The notes beneath the pieces were generated by a model. That model did no database searches and was not told the origin of the DNA. It was given only the letters and a program-made list of their open reading frames with translations. A program made the translations under genes and the position numbers. This document shows positions 52,824 through 62,579 of a stretch of 64,000 bases of DNA, one piece after another (positions within the stretch are counted from its first letter, which is position 1; every line of letters begins with the position of its first letter). This DNA is from a virus (lineage: Duplodnaviria; Caudoviricetes), in the IMG/VR virus record IMGVR_UViG_3300026088_000014, positions 13,039 to 77,038 of that record, one strand, 5' to 3'.

Positions 52824-53393
52824 TCAGCGCTCTCCTTCATCCAGAACCAGCCCGGCGATCGGGCTCCAAAAGGTATCTCGATTGACCCAACGCTCATCCA
52901 TCAGCAGCAGTAATAGCAGGTCTGTAGGAGAAACGCGATTTTTGGGCCACATCAGCTGCCTAGGGGTGAAAAACCCGGCCTTCTCCAAGGCATAGATCTT
53001 CAGCTCAGCACAGAACCAAGCATCCGGGTTCTTCCAGTCACGCTCGCCGGGGAAGTGATCGGTCAGAAAGTCCCATAAAGATGTGCTGTCAAAAGGCTTA
53101 CCGAGTTGATCTACTGCAGCCTGTATGACCGCCTCAGCCAAAGGGGTCTTCAGGATCATGTCCCGGCGGTAGCCAAACTTCTGGTAGTTGTGCGGTCTAA
53201 TGGCTACCCCTTGTGGATTGCCAACCATGTAGGGCGATTCCAGCCCCATGTCAGAAGCCCCCAGTAACTGACCATTAGGCAGAACGAAATCACAGTGGGA
53301 GAACGGGGAGTGATTCAATCGCCGGATAGCAGCCGAGGCCCAGTTCTTGCGGCTGGCGGCGCTGGTCGAAAAGCGGATTGTCAGCGTGTCCAT
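52824..53393 (-). CDS. Permuted papain-like NlpC/P60 (YiiX/YebB-like) enzyme
   Basis: FSHCDFV (His first), GKPFD and WFCAEL (Cys later). Confidence 0.75.
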   Translation of the reverse strand: MDTLTIRFSTSAASRKNWASAAIRRLNHSPFSHCDFVLPNGQLLGASDMGLESPYMVGNPQGVAIRPHNYQKFGYRRDMILKTPLAEAVIQAAVDQLGKPFDSTSLWDFLTDHFPGERDWKNPDAWFCAELKIYALEKAGFFTPRQLMWPKNRVSPTDLLLLLLMDERWVNRDTFWSPIAGLVLDEGER

Positions 53394-54157
53394 TATGCCG
53401 AATTGAGTGAGCGCAGAAAGCTGATTAGCGCATCAGCTGCAAAGCCTTCCGGCGAGAGTTTGTCGCGCAGAATCTCGATCGACAGATAGCCCAAAGCCTC
53501 GTCACTATACGCTCTGTAGAATGCTGGCGTCATGGCCTGAATCCGCCCCCAGCTAATGACAAGGAAGTTGCCGGCCGAGTTGCGGCCAATGCAGGGAATG
53601 TAGTGGCCACCTTTGATGTGCGCGTTGCTGGATGTGTAGTCCCACGGCATCTTCTTCTCGAACTGCCGGTCAGCCGTCTCGGGAAAGCGGATACCGATAC
53701 CAGCGGCTCCTGTGTAGTAGGTGGCATACGCCAGATCCTTGGGGTCTCCCGGTTGCAGCGCAACGTAGGCGTCAATCTTATGACGATTGCCGTTGCTATC
53801 GATGATTCCGGTTCTGCGCCGGTAGGCGGCGGCATCCGACATATCGGTGCCGGAGTCGGTGGCTTGCGTACCGTCATAGCCGGTTGCCGCTGAGTAGTCG
53901 GACAGGACATTCTTGGCCGTGAAGTCAACGCCGGGTCCGCGTGACCCCATATGCGACCAGACCATGTGTTCGTGTGCCGCTCCAGCCCAAACACAATCGC
54001 CCACCTTGTCGTTGCCGAGCATACCCCAGTCGTGGCCAATTAGCTCATGACCAAAGCGCGGCGGCGGAATCGGCATCGATGTGATGTCAAAGAACGTGCC
54101 GAACTTGAGCTTAACGGCACCCGGCCGGGCGGGCAGTTTGCCGAGCTTGTAGCTCAT
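53393..54157 (-). CDS. Papain-like cysteine peptidase
   Basis: GND.VGDCVWAG, GGHYIPCIG and VISWG. Confidence 0.75.
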   Translation of the reverse strand: MSYKLGKLPARPGAVKLKFGTFFDITSMPIPPPRFGHELIGHDWGMLGNDKVGDCVWAGAAHEHMVWSHMGSRGPGVDFTAKNVLSDYSAATGYDGTQATDSGTDMSDAAAYRRRTGIIDSNGNRHKIDAYVALQPGDPKDLAYATYYTGAAGIGIRFPETADRQFEKKMPWDYTSSNAHIKGGHYIPCIGRNSAGNFLVISWGRIQAMTPAFYRAYSDEALGYLSIEILRDKLSPEGFAADALISFLRSLNSA

Positions 54158-54327
54158 CGGCACCACCGGCGGCCATGTCGCCCCCAGCAATTGCGCTGTC
54201 CCGGAGGCACCCAATAGTACGGGCGCGGCTGGTTGGTGAACGAGTTCACGTCAGAGGCGATGCCGGCAATGGTGCCGCATCCAGACAGGCTGACGGCAAA
54301 CAGGATAAGTGCCAGAATCTTTGTCAT
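54154..54327 (-). CDS. Small lipoprotein, entericidin A/B-like (57 aa)
   Basis: Hand-translated MTKILALILFAVSLSGCGTIAGIASDV...; its TGA overlaps the next ATG. Confidence 0.6.
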   Translation of the reverse strand: MTKILALILFAVSLSGCGTIAGIASDVNSFTNQPRPYYWVPPGQRNCWGRHGRRWCR

Positions 54328-54569
54328 ATCGTTCTCGCTCCCGGATTGTTAACGGCGTCTGTAACATTCGGATCGTCATGCGCTACGGTCAGGGTCTGCA
54401 GCGCATCATCGAGAATCCCATCCTTGTTCAGCTCCGGCCAGCGTTGCTTGATGACCGGCAACACCGCGGCAAAAAGTTCGAGGACAGCCCCCGAGTTTTT
54501 TGGGTTAATCATGTCGGCAATCTGCTGATGCCGGCGCAGCCAGAACTCAACCAGCGGGACGACCTTCAT
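54324..54569 (-). CDS. Hypothetical protein
   Basis: Coupled ATGA overlaps. Confidence 0.55.
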   Translation of the reverse strand: MKVVPLVEFWLRRHQQIADMINPKNSGAVLELFAAVLPVIKQRWPELNKDGILDDALQTLTVAHDDPNVTDAVNNPGARTI

Positions 54570-55090
54570 GGTTGCAACCTCGCGACTTCAGCAACGGTGC
54601 GGCGATGCAAGGCCATGTCAGTTTGCACGGCAAGATGCTGCTCGCGGATGGTGATGGTCTGAATATCGGTATCGCCGCCAAGCCTGCCGCCGCCAAGTCC
54701 GAACATCCAAGGCGCAGCATTGTAGTAGCAGACAGCGCGCTTGACGTTCTTCCCGAGCAGTTGCACCGAACCAGCAGGAGACGGGTCATAGGCGACCAGC
54801 AGATCGATGTTTGGGCGCTTCAGATAGATGATGCCATGAGCACCGAGAACACAGCCGTTAGCGACCCACGTTTCTTTCATCGCCCCGCCGCTAAAGCCGA
54901 TAATCGCAACCTTCTCATCCTTCGCTGCCATGACATCGTTGTAGCACTGTGTCCAAGACGCCCACAAATAAGTTTTGATCGACACGTTTGGCAGCTTGCT
55001 CAGCATCGAGCGCAGCATGTACATGCCGCTCGACGTGACCGGGCCATCGAAAGACCAGATGCCGCCAAGCAGGATGAAGATGTTAGTCAT
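54566..55090 (-). CDS. Alpha/beta-hydrolase (esterase/lipase-like)
   Basis: AIIGFSGG nucleophile elbow and LLVAYDP. Confidence 0.7.
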   Translation of the reverse strand: MTNIFILLGGIWSFDGPVTSSGMYMLRSMLSKLPNVSIKTYLWASWTQCYNDVMAAKDEKVAIIGFSGGAMKETWVANGCVLGAHGIIYLKRPNIDLLVAYDPSPAGSVQLLGKNVKRAVCYYNAAPWMFGLGGGRLGGDTDIQTITIREQHLAVQTDMALHRRTVAEVARLQP

Positions 55091-55374
55091 GACGCCCAGT
55101 GTATAACCTTGTCGCTGGGTATAGCCGCTGCGACTTCTGGTTTATTGAGGACAACCTTATCGACGGTTGGAGACTTAGCAACCTCGGCAATCTTGGCATT
55201 GATGCGGTTGCCATAGATCGTCCATCCTAGACTGGCGAGGGCGACACAGACACCGATGGTCGGCTCCAGCCAAGAGGCATCAGGCGTAATCATTCCGCGC
55301 GTGACCAGAAACGAAGCCAGCCATTGCAGGGCGATACGTACATAGCGCTGGAAATCTTCGCTGGTTAGATTCAT
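55087..55374 (-). CDS. Putative holin
   Basis: Two TM segments, RBS AAGGAG, directly after the endolysin. Confidence 0.65.
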   Translation of the reverse strand: MNLTSEDFQRYVRIALQWLASFLVTRGMITPDASWLEPTIGVCVALASLGWTIYGNRINAKIAEVAKSPTVDKVVLNKPEVAAAIPSDKVIHWAS

Positions 55375-55384
55375 GACAGGCTCC

Positions 55385-55957
55385 TTACGTTTCTCGCTGA
55401 GCCAGAGTCGTATTTGGATCAAGTCGAGCAATCGTCGCGATCATCGGCGCGACACCCGGTTGTGTATCCCACGCCGTTCGACTGAACCTTCCGTCACCAA
55501 CGTACTTGCCGCGCTTCTGGATATTCGTTCCTCCCCAGACATACGGCGATGGTAGTCCCATATTGTTGTATCCGGTGCCGTTATAGATCTCTGCGTAGTA
55601 CAGAATCTTTTCGAGCCGCCAGTCACGCACCGACGAGAGACCATCTAGGCGCAGGGCATCGATCGCCCCTTCCGCGAAGGTATCGAACGGACCACGCCCT
55701 CTTGGAACGTGGGTGGTCACTTCATGCAGCGGATCGCCATTGCCGAGATAAGTATTAAAGTCGGCGTCACTTTCCCGGCGATGCAGGGCGGCAATCAGAT
55801 ACCAAGGGACGCCAGTCTTAGCCTCGATCTTGAGATACTCTGCTTTGTGGTTAATGGCAAACTTCGCTATCCAGGCGAAATCCTTCAAGCGGTCAGGCTT
55901 GACGACCATCGCATCCCACTGCTTGGCATACTCAGGCCATTTGAGTCCGTATCTCAT
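55385..55957 (-). CDS. Endolysin, lysozyme-like
   Basis: GVPWYLIAALHRRES, LGNGDP, YNGTGY and SPYVWGGT. Confidence 0.85.
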   Translation of the reverse strand: MRYGLKWPEYAKQWDAMVVKPDRLKDFAWIAKFAINHKAEYLKIEAKTGVPWYLIAALHRRESDADFNTYLGNGDPLHEVTTHVPRGRGPFDTFAEGAIDALRLDGLSSVRDWRLEKILYYAEIYNGTGYNNMGLPSPYVWGGTNIQKRGKYVGDGRFSRTAWDTQPGVAPMIATIARLDPNTTLAQRET

Positions 55958-58900
55958 TGGTAGTATCGCCTCACCATGTCCATGACATCCTGATTGCCTT
56001 TAGCCAGCTTGGCAGCCTTTGGATAGTATCTCTTGAAATCTTGCGGACCTAATCCCAATAGAAATTGTGTCTGGATAGTAAAAGGCAGCCGGCTAAACTG
56101 ATAGATATCCGCAGACCCAGGAAGAACCTTCCGCCCCTTCCCGCTAATCCCTGCCTCCGCCATGCGCTTGGTTGCCGCCGCCATGCCCTGTTCATCATTC
56201 TGCTGGCGGGCCAACTCCAGGGCATTACGCGCATCCTTGCGCTCTTCCATGATCTTCCGCTCGGCTTGTGGCCGTTCAATAGGAGAAACGTAATGAGCGA
56301 ACAGATAGGACAGCTGATTCTGTGCTGGAGTCTTGGATACATAAGCCGGAGCTGGGCCGAAGCCGAGCATAGCCAGCTGACCCTCAGGCTGCGTCAGGAT
56401 GTTCATGTAACTGTGGACCTGGTTCTTGTCGTCCCATTTGCCGGAAGCTTTAAGCGCCCGCTTGGCCCCCATGATGGTGATTGGATTGAACTGATCTGAC
56501 AGGATGTACTTCGTCATCTGCTGAACTTTTGTGTAAAGCGGAGAAGCCGGGTCCATGATGTTGTAGCCGTAGTAATCCTTGTTCTCGTACATCTCCTTCA
56601 CCGGCTGCAGCAGCATCTTGTTCCAGATCATCTCACCGACACCGGCAATCGGATTGCCGTATTGCTCTTCAACATGCTTCTTCAGCATCGGCACTTCGCG
56701 GGTGTAGTACATATTCGACAACCGCCGCGGCGAGCCGTCAGGGTTAGTGCCGCCGAAACGCGGCATGAAGTAATCCATCCCTTCCGGATTATCGCCGGTC
56801 ATGCCCTTGGTCATGGCAGCGTTAAGCGCCATCGCCGTCGTCATGTAGAACAGTGCAAACGATGTCTTGCTCTTGGCGGCATTGACCGCCTCTTGCGTCG
56901 GCGTCATCAGGGCGCGGTTGAGGAATGGCTCCAGAGCTCCACCACCGAACTCACGCACGAAGCCGAGATTCCACCCAAGCGACAGGAACGAGCCAATGCC
57001 GGCATCCTTGAGCGTCCGATTCCAGAACAGGTTGGAATAAAACATCTCACCGAAGCGGTTATCGACGCTCTTGGCGATCGTGCCGAGTGCTGCGCCACGC
57101 AACTTGGAATCGGCCTGAATGTCGGGACGGCGCTCAAACAGCGCCTGTGCTTCCCGCACATAGGCCGCGCTCTTCAGGTTGGGAATCCACTTCTCGAACA
57201 GCTGCTTCTGGAGAAAGCTAAGGCCCTGCAAGGCTCCGCGCGGGACATACTGCAGCGGATTGTTCTGCGCCCAGGCTTCCTTGAATTTAGTCGCACCTTG
57301 GGAGCGCAGCTGCTCTGACAGCTGTGGAGAAAATCCACCCTCGATGGCGAGCTGATTAAGGGCTTTCTGCTCCGGTGTCTGCCGCCACTCAGGCGTCAGC
57401 CAAGCCTCGCGCAGCTTCTGTCCTTCCGGAAAATGAAACCAGCCGGTGAATCCCTGTGCGGTCGCACCGATCGCTCCGGTGATGTCGCCGGTCTTAGCCT
57501 TGGTCCAGCCTCGCGCGGCAGCATCATTTAGGGCGATATGAGCGACGTGCAGCAAGTGGAAGGCGCTCAACCCAAGCTTGATCGGCACCCAATGGTTCTT
57601 CAGGAACATCCATTTGCGGAACACGTTGCCGATCGCATCGTCTCTATTCCATAGCCCCTTGGCGTCGACGGCGTTCTTCCAGATCGGAGTAACGTCCGGA
57701 TGAATGGCATAAAGATCCCCGGCCGGATTCTTGATGATCTGCCAGCCGGCCTTCTCAAAGTTGGAGCGCTGACCGTCATTCTCCAGCTTCTTGGCCGCAC
57801 CCATATCGGATAGCTGATTAACGAGCTCCATCTTGGCGCGCATCTCCGAACCGGCGATGAGACGGTTCTGCGCAAGATCGATCGGATTGGCGTTGCCTTT
57901 TAACTTGTAGCCGGCATCGAGCGCCTGCTGCAGATAGTCGAATGTCCTGCCCTTGAGGAAGTTGGCCCGTCCCAGATTGGTAATCTGCTGGTTGATGAAG
58001 CTCTGAACATTCTCCGGCTTCTCGTATTCGCGCGGCAGATAGTCTTCCTTGTAGCCGAACTTCAAACCGGCATCGCGATCAGCATCGTTTGTCCAAGCCA
58101 TTAACCTACGTAATATGTCGGAATGCGGCTGCAGGTCTGGTGGCAGGGGAGCTTGCGACTCCCTTGTATGCGACTTGATGAAGTCGACATTGGCGTCATA
58201 GGGGCGGGCGACGAAGGCGTAACGTATTTTATCCATCTCATGCGTGATGGAATCTCTGCCTTGTGCCTTTGCGGCGTTGTAGGCACGGAATGGTGCCTGC
58301 GAGTCAAACGACAGGTTGCTTATCATCTCCGGCATGAAGGTGCGCTTGAAGCCCTCGACCCTCTCGCGCAACCACGGTCCAGCAACGGGTATCTTTTCAA
58401 ACAACATCGGATCTGGCTTGGCGGGAGTAGCAATGTCGGTGAAGTCAGCATTGGCCTGACGCAGATTTTCCTCATGCTGAGACAGCTTGTAGTTTGCATA
58501 CTTGGATTCCGGCGAATCGAGACCCCACTTGTCGTAGGCTTCCTGCGCATCGCGATGCAGCTTTGGCGTCTCCTTGGCCAAAGCACTGATGTTGTCTTGC
58601 GCGCCCTTAAGCGCCGCCTCGTCGATCGAGGGGGCGGCTGGCCTGACCTGAATGGGGTCAATGGCTCGACTGACCAAGCGATGCCCAAGCGCCGGTACAG
58701 CCGTGCCTAGCACCTGCTGTGGATAGCTTTCGGCTAATCCAGTTTCGACCGGTTTACCTTGCAGGACATTCTGCGCTGCCTCACCGGCAGTCCCAATCGC
58801 CGGCTGAACACCGAAGGCTTGGAAGGCAAGGTTCTTGAGTGGCCCTTGAGCGATCTTGAGCGGAAAGGCCGCCCAGCCTAATGCAGAAAAGACTCCCGAT

Positions 58901-59412
58901 GTGCTCGCTCTGCTGACCGCTCTATTCCATGCCCCGTCAGGATCGTTAGGAGACTTCCTCAGCTCTTCGCCAAAGACCGGGCCGATTGCCTGAAATGCTG
59001 CTCCCAAGCCTGCGCCGCCAGCACCACCAGCAATAGCGCCAGGAGGACCTGCCGCTGCGCCACCAGCTATACCCCCGGCAATGCCGCCGCCGAGCGTAGG
59101 AGCGCTTGCACCAAGCTGATACATGCCCTTGGAAGCCAAGGTAGAGGGGTGCAGCACGTCACCCCACTGCATGGGTTCTGCTGCAGGACTTGGAGTAACC
59201 GACGAGGGGACTGTCGGCTTTTGGCCACGCAGAACCCCGGCGCTCTCGCCAGACTCTTCGATGCTTCTTTGCAGGCCGGCAATCAGCGAATCGAGCGGTC
59301 CCGGCATAGGGCCAGCCGCCGGCTTGTGCTTAGTCCAAGGGGCATCCGGCACGTCTACAGGGGCGGCTTTGGCTTCCGTCCACGGTGCATCTGGCAAGTC
59401 GTCTTCGGCCAT
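55954..59412 (-). CDS. Large internal virion/DNA ejection protein
   Basis: 1152 aa; N-terminal DLPDAPW, Gly/Ala-rich hydrophobic segment; last gene of the ejection cluster. Confidence 0.7.
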   Translation of the reverse strand: MAEDDLPDAPWTEAKAAPVDVPDAPWTKHKPAAGPMPGPLDSLIAGLQRSIEESGESAGVLRGQKPTVPSSVTPSPAAEPMQWGDVLHPSTLASKGMYQLGASAPTLGGGIAGGIAGGAAAGPPGAIAGGAGGAGLGAAFQAIGPVFGEELRKSPNDPDGAWNRAVSRASTSGVFSALGWAAFPLKIAQGPLKNLAFQAFGVQPAIGTAGEAAQNVLQGKPVETGLAESYPQQVLGTAVPALGHRLVSRAIDPIQVRPAAPSIDEAALKGAQDNISALAKETPKLHRDAQEAYDKWGLDSPESKYANYKLSQHEENLRQANADFTDIATPAKPDPMLFEKIPVAGPWLRERVEGFKRTFMPEMISNLSFDSQAPFRAYNAAKAQGRDSITHEMDKIRYAFVARPYDANVDFIKSHTRESQAPLPPDLQPHSDILRRLMAWTNDADRDAGLKFGYKEDYLPREYEKPENVQSFINQQITNLGRANFLKGRTFDYLQQALDAGYKLKGNANPIDLAQNRLIAGSEMRAKMELVNQLSDMGAAKKLENDGQRSNFEKAGWQIIKNPAGDLYAIHPDVTPIWKNAVDAKGLWNRDDAIGNVFRKWMFLKNHWVPIKLGLSAFHLLHVAHIALNDAAARGWTKAKTGDITGAIGATAQGFTGWFHFPEGQKLREAWLTPEWRQTPEQKALNQLAIEGGFSPQLSEQLRSQGATKFKEAWAQNNPLQYVPRGALQGLSFLQKQLFEKWIPNLKSAAYVREAQALFERRPDIQADSKLRGAALGTIAKSVDNRFGEMFYSNLFWNRTLKDAGIGSFLSLGWNLGFVREFGGGALEPFLNRALMTPTQEAVNAAKSKTSFALFYMTTAMALNAAMTKGMTGDNPEGMDYFMPRFGGTNPDGSPRRLSNMYYTREVPMLKKHVEEQYGNPIAGVGEMIWNKMLLQPVKEMYENKDYYGYNIMDPASPLYTKVQQMTKYILSDQFNPITIMGAKRALKASGKWDDKNQVHSYMNILTQPEGQLAMLGFGPAPAYVSKTPAQNQLSYLFAHYVSPIERPQAERKIMEERKDARNALELARQQNDEQGMAAATKRMAEAGISGKGRKVLPGSADIYQFSRLPFTIQTQFLLGLGPQDFKRYYPKAAKLAKGNQDVMDMVRRYYQ

Positions 59413-59415
59413 TCA

Positions 59416-62034
59416 TTATGTCCCAACCTTGGACCATGTTGAGGAATCGCTATCGGGGCCGTCTTTCACCTTCTTGAAGGTGCCTGACTTGAATTTTCTG
59501 ATTGTATCAACCGGAGTAACATTGACGGATGCCCGCGACGGATCACTCTGCATGATCTGAATAGCTGCCTGATGCAAAGCCTGCGGGTTGCCGACAAGCC
59601 CAGGGTTATTCTCGCGCGCTTCCTTGAGTGCATCCTTATAAGCGATTGGCGCACTCTCCTTGATTCTGGTTTCTTTCTCGCCCAAGCGCTTCTCTCGCTC
59701 TTCGGCAATGCGGGTTCTGATGTCGGCATAATCAGACTTGCGTTGATATTCCCTGAGGTGCTGATCCGCACGCTCCATGAGCATATCGCTCTTCAGATTC
59801 AAAAGTTCCTCGCTGTCGAGCGCCTTGCGCTGTCCTGCCAGCGTCTGTGCCCCGGCACTCAGACCCGCACCAATGACTGAGCCAATCGGCCCCGGTGTTG
59901 ACATCATTGCAGCGCCGGCACCGACCAAGCTCAGCCACGGGCTGCGAACCATCCTCTGTCCCCAATCAAGCGGCTCTCTCCCCTGCGCCAGGTAGCGATC
60001 CATAGCCGGCTGATAGTCGGCAACCATCGAGCGTGCCGGACCAGCACCGGCCCCGGCACCGGCCCCAGCATTCTCGAAATTGCCGGAATGAAATTGCGTA
60101 GCCAGCCGCTGCGCTTGATCCAAGCCAAGCGGGCGTCCTTGCGTCGTACCGGCGGGACGCTCGAACTCGGTGCGGAAGATGCGCGCTGCCTCAGCCGGGC
60201 TACCTGCTGCCTGCATGCGCTTGACCATATCGGCATATTGCGGATTTGTCTGGATCTCATGTTGAAGAAAGGCCAGCTGCGTGCGTCGATCGATGGGATC
60301 GAGGCCATTCTTTCCGGCGAAGTCATAGAGCGCATCTCTGCGTTCATTGCGCCAGCCGGCAATGCCAAGACCAGTCCCTTGGTCGTGCGATTCTGCCGGG
60401 TCAAGTCCAGGACTTTCTACACCAAGATTGCCCATAATGGCTGACGCCACCTGCGGACCATAAGCCTTGCCCAATTCACTGTGCCCACCACGATAGACAT
60501 CAGACAGACTCGCTGACGGGTCCGTCAGACTCGCCTCTTGTGGCCTTGATGTCGGCATAGCAGGGGCAAAGACATTTGGTTCAGCCGGAGTAACGGCGGC
60601 CGGAGCAGACTTAGGCCCACCGAATAGGCCAGAGAGTCTTCCACGGATTGGGTCGTCGGACTGCCCCGCTTCAAGCACTCCACTTACCTTCGGCGCATAG
60701 TAATTCTGCGCCTTCGACAGGACATCGCTTAATGTCAAATGCGGCTGGTCAACCGCAAACGGATTGTCCGTGTCGCCGCCCTCCTGCATGGGCTGACCGA
60801 TATCAAAAGGGCTTACCCCTCCGCCTCGCGCCAGAAGAAATGGTGCTACAGCCGATGCGATCTTGGCAACATCACCTATACCGCCGCTTCCTTTGCCGCC
60901 ACCACTGCTCGGTTGCTTTGGCGAAAGATCCATCTTGGCGGCATATTGCATACCGCTACCGCCGGTAGGGAGATCAATCTTCGGAATGATATCCTTTGCC
61001 CCCACCTCTGGTTGATCGGAAACAAAGGGACTGCCCGGCAGATTGCCACCACCTTGATAGGCAAGGCGACCGCCGCGGCGGAAGGTCGGATAACTAATGC
61101 CGCCATATGATCCGTAAGAGCCGGACGGGGCTCCATAGGTTGATCCATATGGAGTGGTGTCACCAAAGCCAGCAGATGTACCGGGGAACGCATTATAAAG
61201 ACCAATGCCGGCGACTCCCGCGCCAAGCGCCTGCGAAAACGGGCTCGGTTGCGGTGGCGTGTAAGTCCCGCTTCCGGTTCCATAAGTCGTTCCACCCAAG
61301 GCCGGGGCAAGGCCGCCGGTAATGCCGGCAAGGTATTGCGCGGTCTGGAAGGGATAAGCGATCTGCGCTAATTGCTGCTGATAAGGAGCGTTCAATTGCG
61401 CTTGCGCAAGCTGCTGTTGCTGGTTGCCGGCAGCGCCCAAAGCTCCAATACCCTGCAGCTGAGCGCTCTGAGCCGCCGATCCGATATTGGCGATGCCATA
61501 GCCGGCACCAGCCATCATCTGTTTCTGCTGTTGTGCGCCCGCCAACGCTTGCTGCCACAGCGAGGCAGCAACCTGTCCTTGTCCTAACTGCTGCTGTCTT
61601 GCCAATTCCGATTGACCGACGGCGATGCGATCGGCACCAACACCACCGGCCTGTCCGGTCAACCCCCTTGTCGTCTCGCCCATTTGCTGGCCATACAGGT
61701 CCTTCATGGCAGCAAAGACGTTTTGCGACATTGGATTGTAATAATTTGCTACATCGTTATCGCTGATTGGCGCAGCACTTCCTTGCAGCAACCCTTGCCC
61801 AGTGTTGAAGTATGGCTGCGCCATACCCTGCACGCCCTGAATCGCATTGAAGTATTGCTCCTGGAACGGCGTGAAGCCGGCAACGGGGGCTTGTGGCTGC
61901 TGGAAGGGTTGCTGCGATGCGCTGGTGGCACTCAACAGTGCGGCCTGACCAGCAGCTGAAATATACGGACTTGGCGTATATTGCTGCGTCTGATTCTGGG
62001 TGGTCGTACTCTGGCCTTTGCCGCCGCCGCACAT
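59416..62034 (-). CDS. Ejection/DNA-transfer protein with phage tail lysozyme domain
   Basis: MCGGGKG...TTT N-terminus, Q/G-rich; AIMGNLGVES...GLGIAGW...TQLAFLQHE...FERP. Confidence 0.8.
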   Translation of the reverse strand: MCGGGKGQSTTTQNQTQQYTPSPYISAAGQAALLSATSASQQPFQQPQAPVAGFTPFQEQYFNAIQGVQGMAQPYFNTGQGLLQGSAAPISDNDVANYYNPMSQNVFAAMKDLYGQQMGETTRGLTGQAGGVGADRIAVGQSELARQQQLGQGQVAASLWQQALAGAQQQKQMMAGAGYGIANIGSAAQSAQLQGIGALGAAGNQQQQLAQAQLNAPYQQQLAQIAYPFQTAQYLAGITGGLAPALGGTTYGTGSGTYTPPQPSPFSQALGAGVAGIGLYNAFPGTSAGFGDTTPYGSTYGAPSGSYGSYGGISYPTFRRGGRLAYQGGGNLPGSPFVSDQPEVGAKDIIPKIDLPTGGSGMQYAAKMDLSPKQPSSGGGKGSGGIGDVAKIASAVAPFLLARGGGVSPFDIGQPMQEGGDTDNPFAVDQPHLTLSDVLSKAQNYYAPKVSGVLEAGQSDDPIRGRLSGLFGGPKSAPAAVTPAEPNVFAPAMPTSRPQEASLTDPSASLSDVYRGGHSELGKAYGPQVASAIMGNLGVESPGLDPAESHDQGTGLGIAGWRNERRDALYDFAGKNGLDPIDRRTQLAFLQHEIQTNPQYADMVKRMQAAGSPAEAARIFRTEFERPAGTTQGRPLGLDQAQRLATQFHSGNFENAGAGAGAGAGPARSMVADYQPAMDRYLAQGREPLDWGQRMVRSPWLSLVGAGAAMMSTPGPIGSVIGAGLSAGAQTLAGQRKALDSEELLNLKSDMLMERADQHLREYQRKSDYADIRTRIAEEREKRLGEKETRIKESAPIAYKDALKEARENNPGLVGNPQALHQAAIQIMQSDPSRASVNVTPVDTIRKFKSGTFKKVKDGPDSDSSTWSKVGT

Positions 62035-62060
62035 GATGGTTATCCGATCGTGTTAAGTTC

Positions 62061-62579
62061 CTATGAACTCGCAGCAACAAGGGCAGGAGAAGCCGTGCTT
62101 CCCTTTGCCCCAACAAAGAAGAACTCGCCAACCTTCGGCAGCATCCGTCGATAGAGACGACACTTGGCTTCCGTCCGCACATTGGAGATGATGCCAGTCA
62201 ACAGCGGCAATCCAGTTGTCGTTACCTGATCCTTCATCCATTGCACCAGTGCCTGAACGTGATGCGACTTTCTGTGTTCGGGATCGGTGTAGATGAGATA
62301 CTCTTCAAGGTGCATATCGTTGGTGTACCAGTAGCTGCCGAGCATCAGGAACACCAAAGCCTCCAGCTTGCCGACTGGGCCGATAACGCCGATCACTCCA
62401 CGCGGTCCTGTATCACCCTCGAAGATCAGATCTGGTCTTAGGACGCGGGCCAGAAACCACTGCACCTTCTCCGGCGCTAGGGTGAAGAGCCCATTCTCGT
62501 TATGGCCCTGCAGGAAGAGTCGCCATATCTCGAAAGAATCATCAGGGACAGCAAGCCTAACAACAGATGGACTGCTCAT
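62061..62579 (-). CDS. GNAT-like protein of the tail/ejection module
   Basis: VRLAVPDD..., YTDPEHRKS...LVQWMK and EAKCRLY. Confidence 0.65.
   Translation of the reverse strand: MSSPSVVRLAVPDDSFEIWRLFLQGHNENGLFTLAPEKVQWFLARVLRPDLIFEGDTGPRGVIGVIGPVGKLEALVFLMLGSYWYTNDMHLEEYLIYTDPEHRKSHHVQALVQWMKDQVTTTGLPLLTGIISNVRTEAKCRLYRRMLPKVGEFFFVGAKGSTASPALVAASS

Noticed and set aside
55954-59412. N4-like virion RNA polymerase to explain the GAA-loop hairpins
   Set aside because: The protein is far shorter than N4 vRNAP and I recognised no polymerase motifs.
60040-60070. Short GC-rich hexamer repeat
   Set aside because: It encodes an AGAGAGAG linker in the ejection protein; ordinary low complexity.
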